Shown here: positions 63,411-64,000 of the stretch, one piece after another
Position numbering within the stretch: the first letter of the stretch is position 1
Layout: each line of letters starts with the position of its first letter
Origin: Fidelibacterota bacterium
GTDB lineage: Bacteria; Fidelibacterota; Marinisomatia; Marinisomatales; TCS55
Assembly: GCA_965249165.1 (NCBI GenBank)
Contig: OZ252221.1
Location: 945,347 to 1,009,346, forward strand
Length of the DNA stretch: 64,000 nt
Direction of reading: 5' to 3'
Program-made: the position numbers and the translations under genes
Notes under the pieces: model-generated
Told to the model about the DNA's origin: nothing
Seen by the model: only the letters and a program-made list of their open reading frames with translations
The model's database searches: none

Positions 63411-64000
63411 TTAATAATTGCCCAAAAAAGCAGCACCGTATACTCCCGCAGAGTCCCCAAGTTTATTTTGTACGATGGGCGTTAATACCTTTTCGCTAAA
63501 AGTTTCTTTGTACACTGCTTCTTTTCCTTCCGTATACAGCAGGTCAATTTTAGAAAGTCCGCCCCCCATTACGATAATATCCGGATCTATGATGTCAATC
63601 ACATGACTTAATGCCCGCCCAAAATTAAGCATAAACCGTTCTTTCCATTCCGGTTGAGCTTTATATAAACCATTATCGATTATATCGGTAACCATATGTC
63701 TGTCACCACTTAATTCGAGCCATTCTTTTTCCAGAGCGGGACCACTGATATACGCTTCAGTACAGCCATGATTACCGCAATAACAAGTGCGGCCTTCGGG
63801 ATAGAGGACATGGTGTCCCCATTCCCCAGCAATATTATTCAGACCGCTGTGAATTTTACTATTGATGACCAGTCCTCCACCGACACCGGTACCCATAATT
63901 ACACCAAAAACAAAATGATAACCAACCCCGGCCCCTAATATAACCTCCGCTAAAGCAAAACAGTTGGCATCATTTTCCATATGAATGGGCAAATTAAATG
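63411..64000 (-). CDS. ROK-family sugar kinase (N-acetylglucosamine/glucose kinase-like), 5' end outside window
   Basis: NDANCFALAE, GTGVGGG, ROK zinc motif GEWGHH...CYCGNHGCTEAYISG. The reading frame stays open to the window edge upstream of the ORF-track start. Confidence 0.85.
   Translation of the reverse strand, partial: FNLPIHMENDANCFALAEVILGAGVGYHFVFGVIMGTGVGGGLVINSKIHSGLNNIAGEWGHHVLYPEGRTCYCGNHGCTEAYISGPALEKEWLELSGDRHMVTDIIDNGLYKAQPEWKERFMLNFGRALSHVIDIIDPDIIVMGGGLSKIDLLYTEGKEAVYKETFSEKVLTPIVQNKLGDSAGVYGAAFLGNY

Overview
This is a bacterial chromosomal window. The phylum is not determinable from the sequence alone. All family calls rest on motif recognition by eye; no database search was run.

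Bases 1-33,200 are mostly a syntenic housekeeping block:
- ychF, fabA and a FabL-like enoyl-ACP reductase
- uvrA, ruvB, queA
- ispD, ispF, ispE, then tRNA-Gln, prs, ctc, pth
- a K+-dependent-type membrane pyrophosphatase
- rpsF, rpsR, rplI, priA, mutY
- a few envelope or secreted proteins

Bases 33.2-48.7 kb are the standout region.
- A 2,699-aa SpvB-N-terminal/Rhs(YD)-repeat polymorphic toxin sits behind a small co-oriented secreted protein.
- After it comes a 5-kb tandem array. In the array, near-identical copies of the C-terminal toxin tip alternate with six diverged lipoprotein-type putative immunity genes.
- The array ends in an orphan rhs core fragment.
- The whole 14-kb locus is bracketed by roughly 0.7-kb inverted repeats. 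Each repeat carries a promoter-like element, the 5' part of the small gene and the last codons of a kynurenine-3-monooxygenase-like (KMO-like) gene.

Bases 49.65-58.5 kb are a visibly AT-rich glycan (O-antigen-like) island. Several of its genes are frameshifted, truncated or internally deleted. On one side it abuts a 5'-truncated monooxygenase gene. On the other side it abuts an intact-looking IS3-family element (a second decayed copy lies at 0.8-1.2 kb) and an IS1595-like remnant.

The window ends with a secreted serine protease carrying a dockerin-like tail, a small membrane protein and a partial ROK kinase. I saw no CRISPR array, rRNA, integrase, T6SS gene or TcA-like gene.
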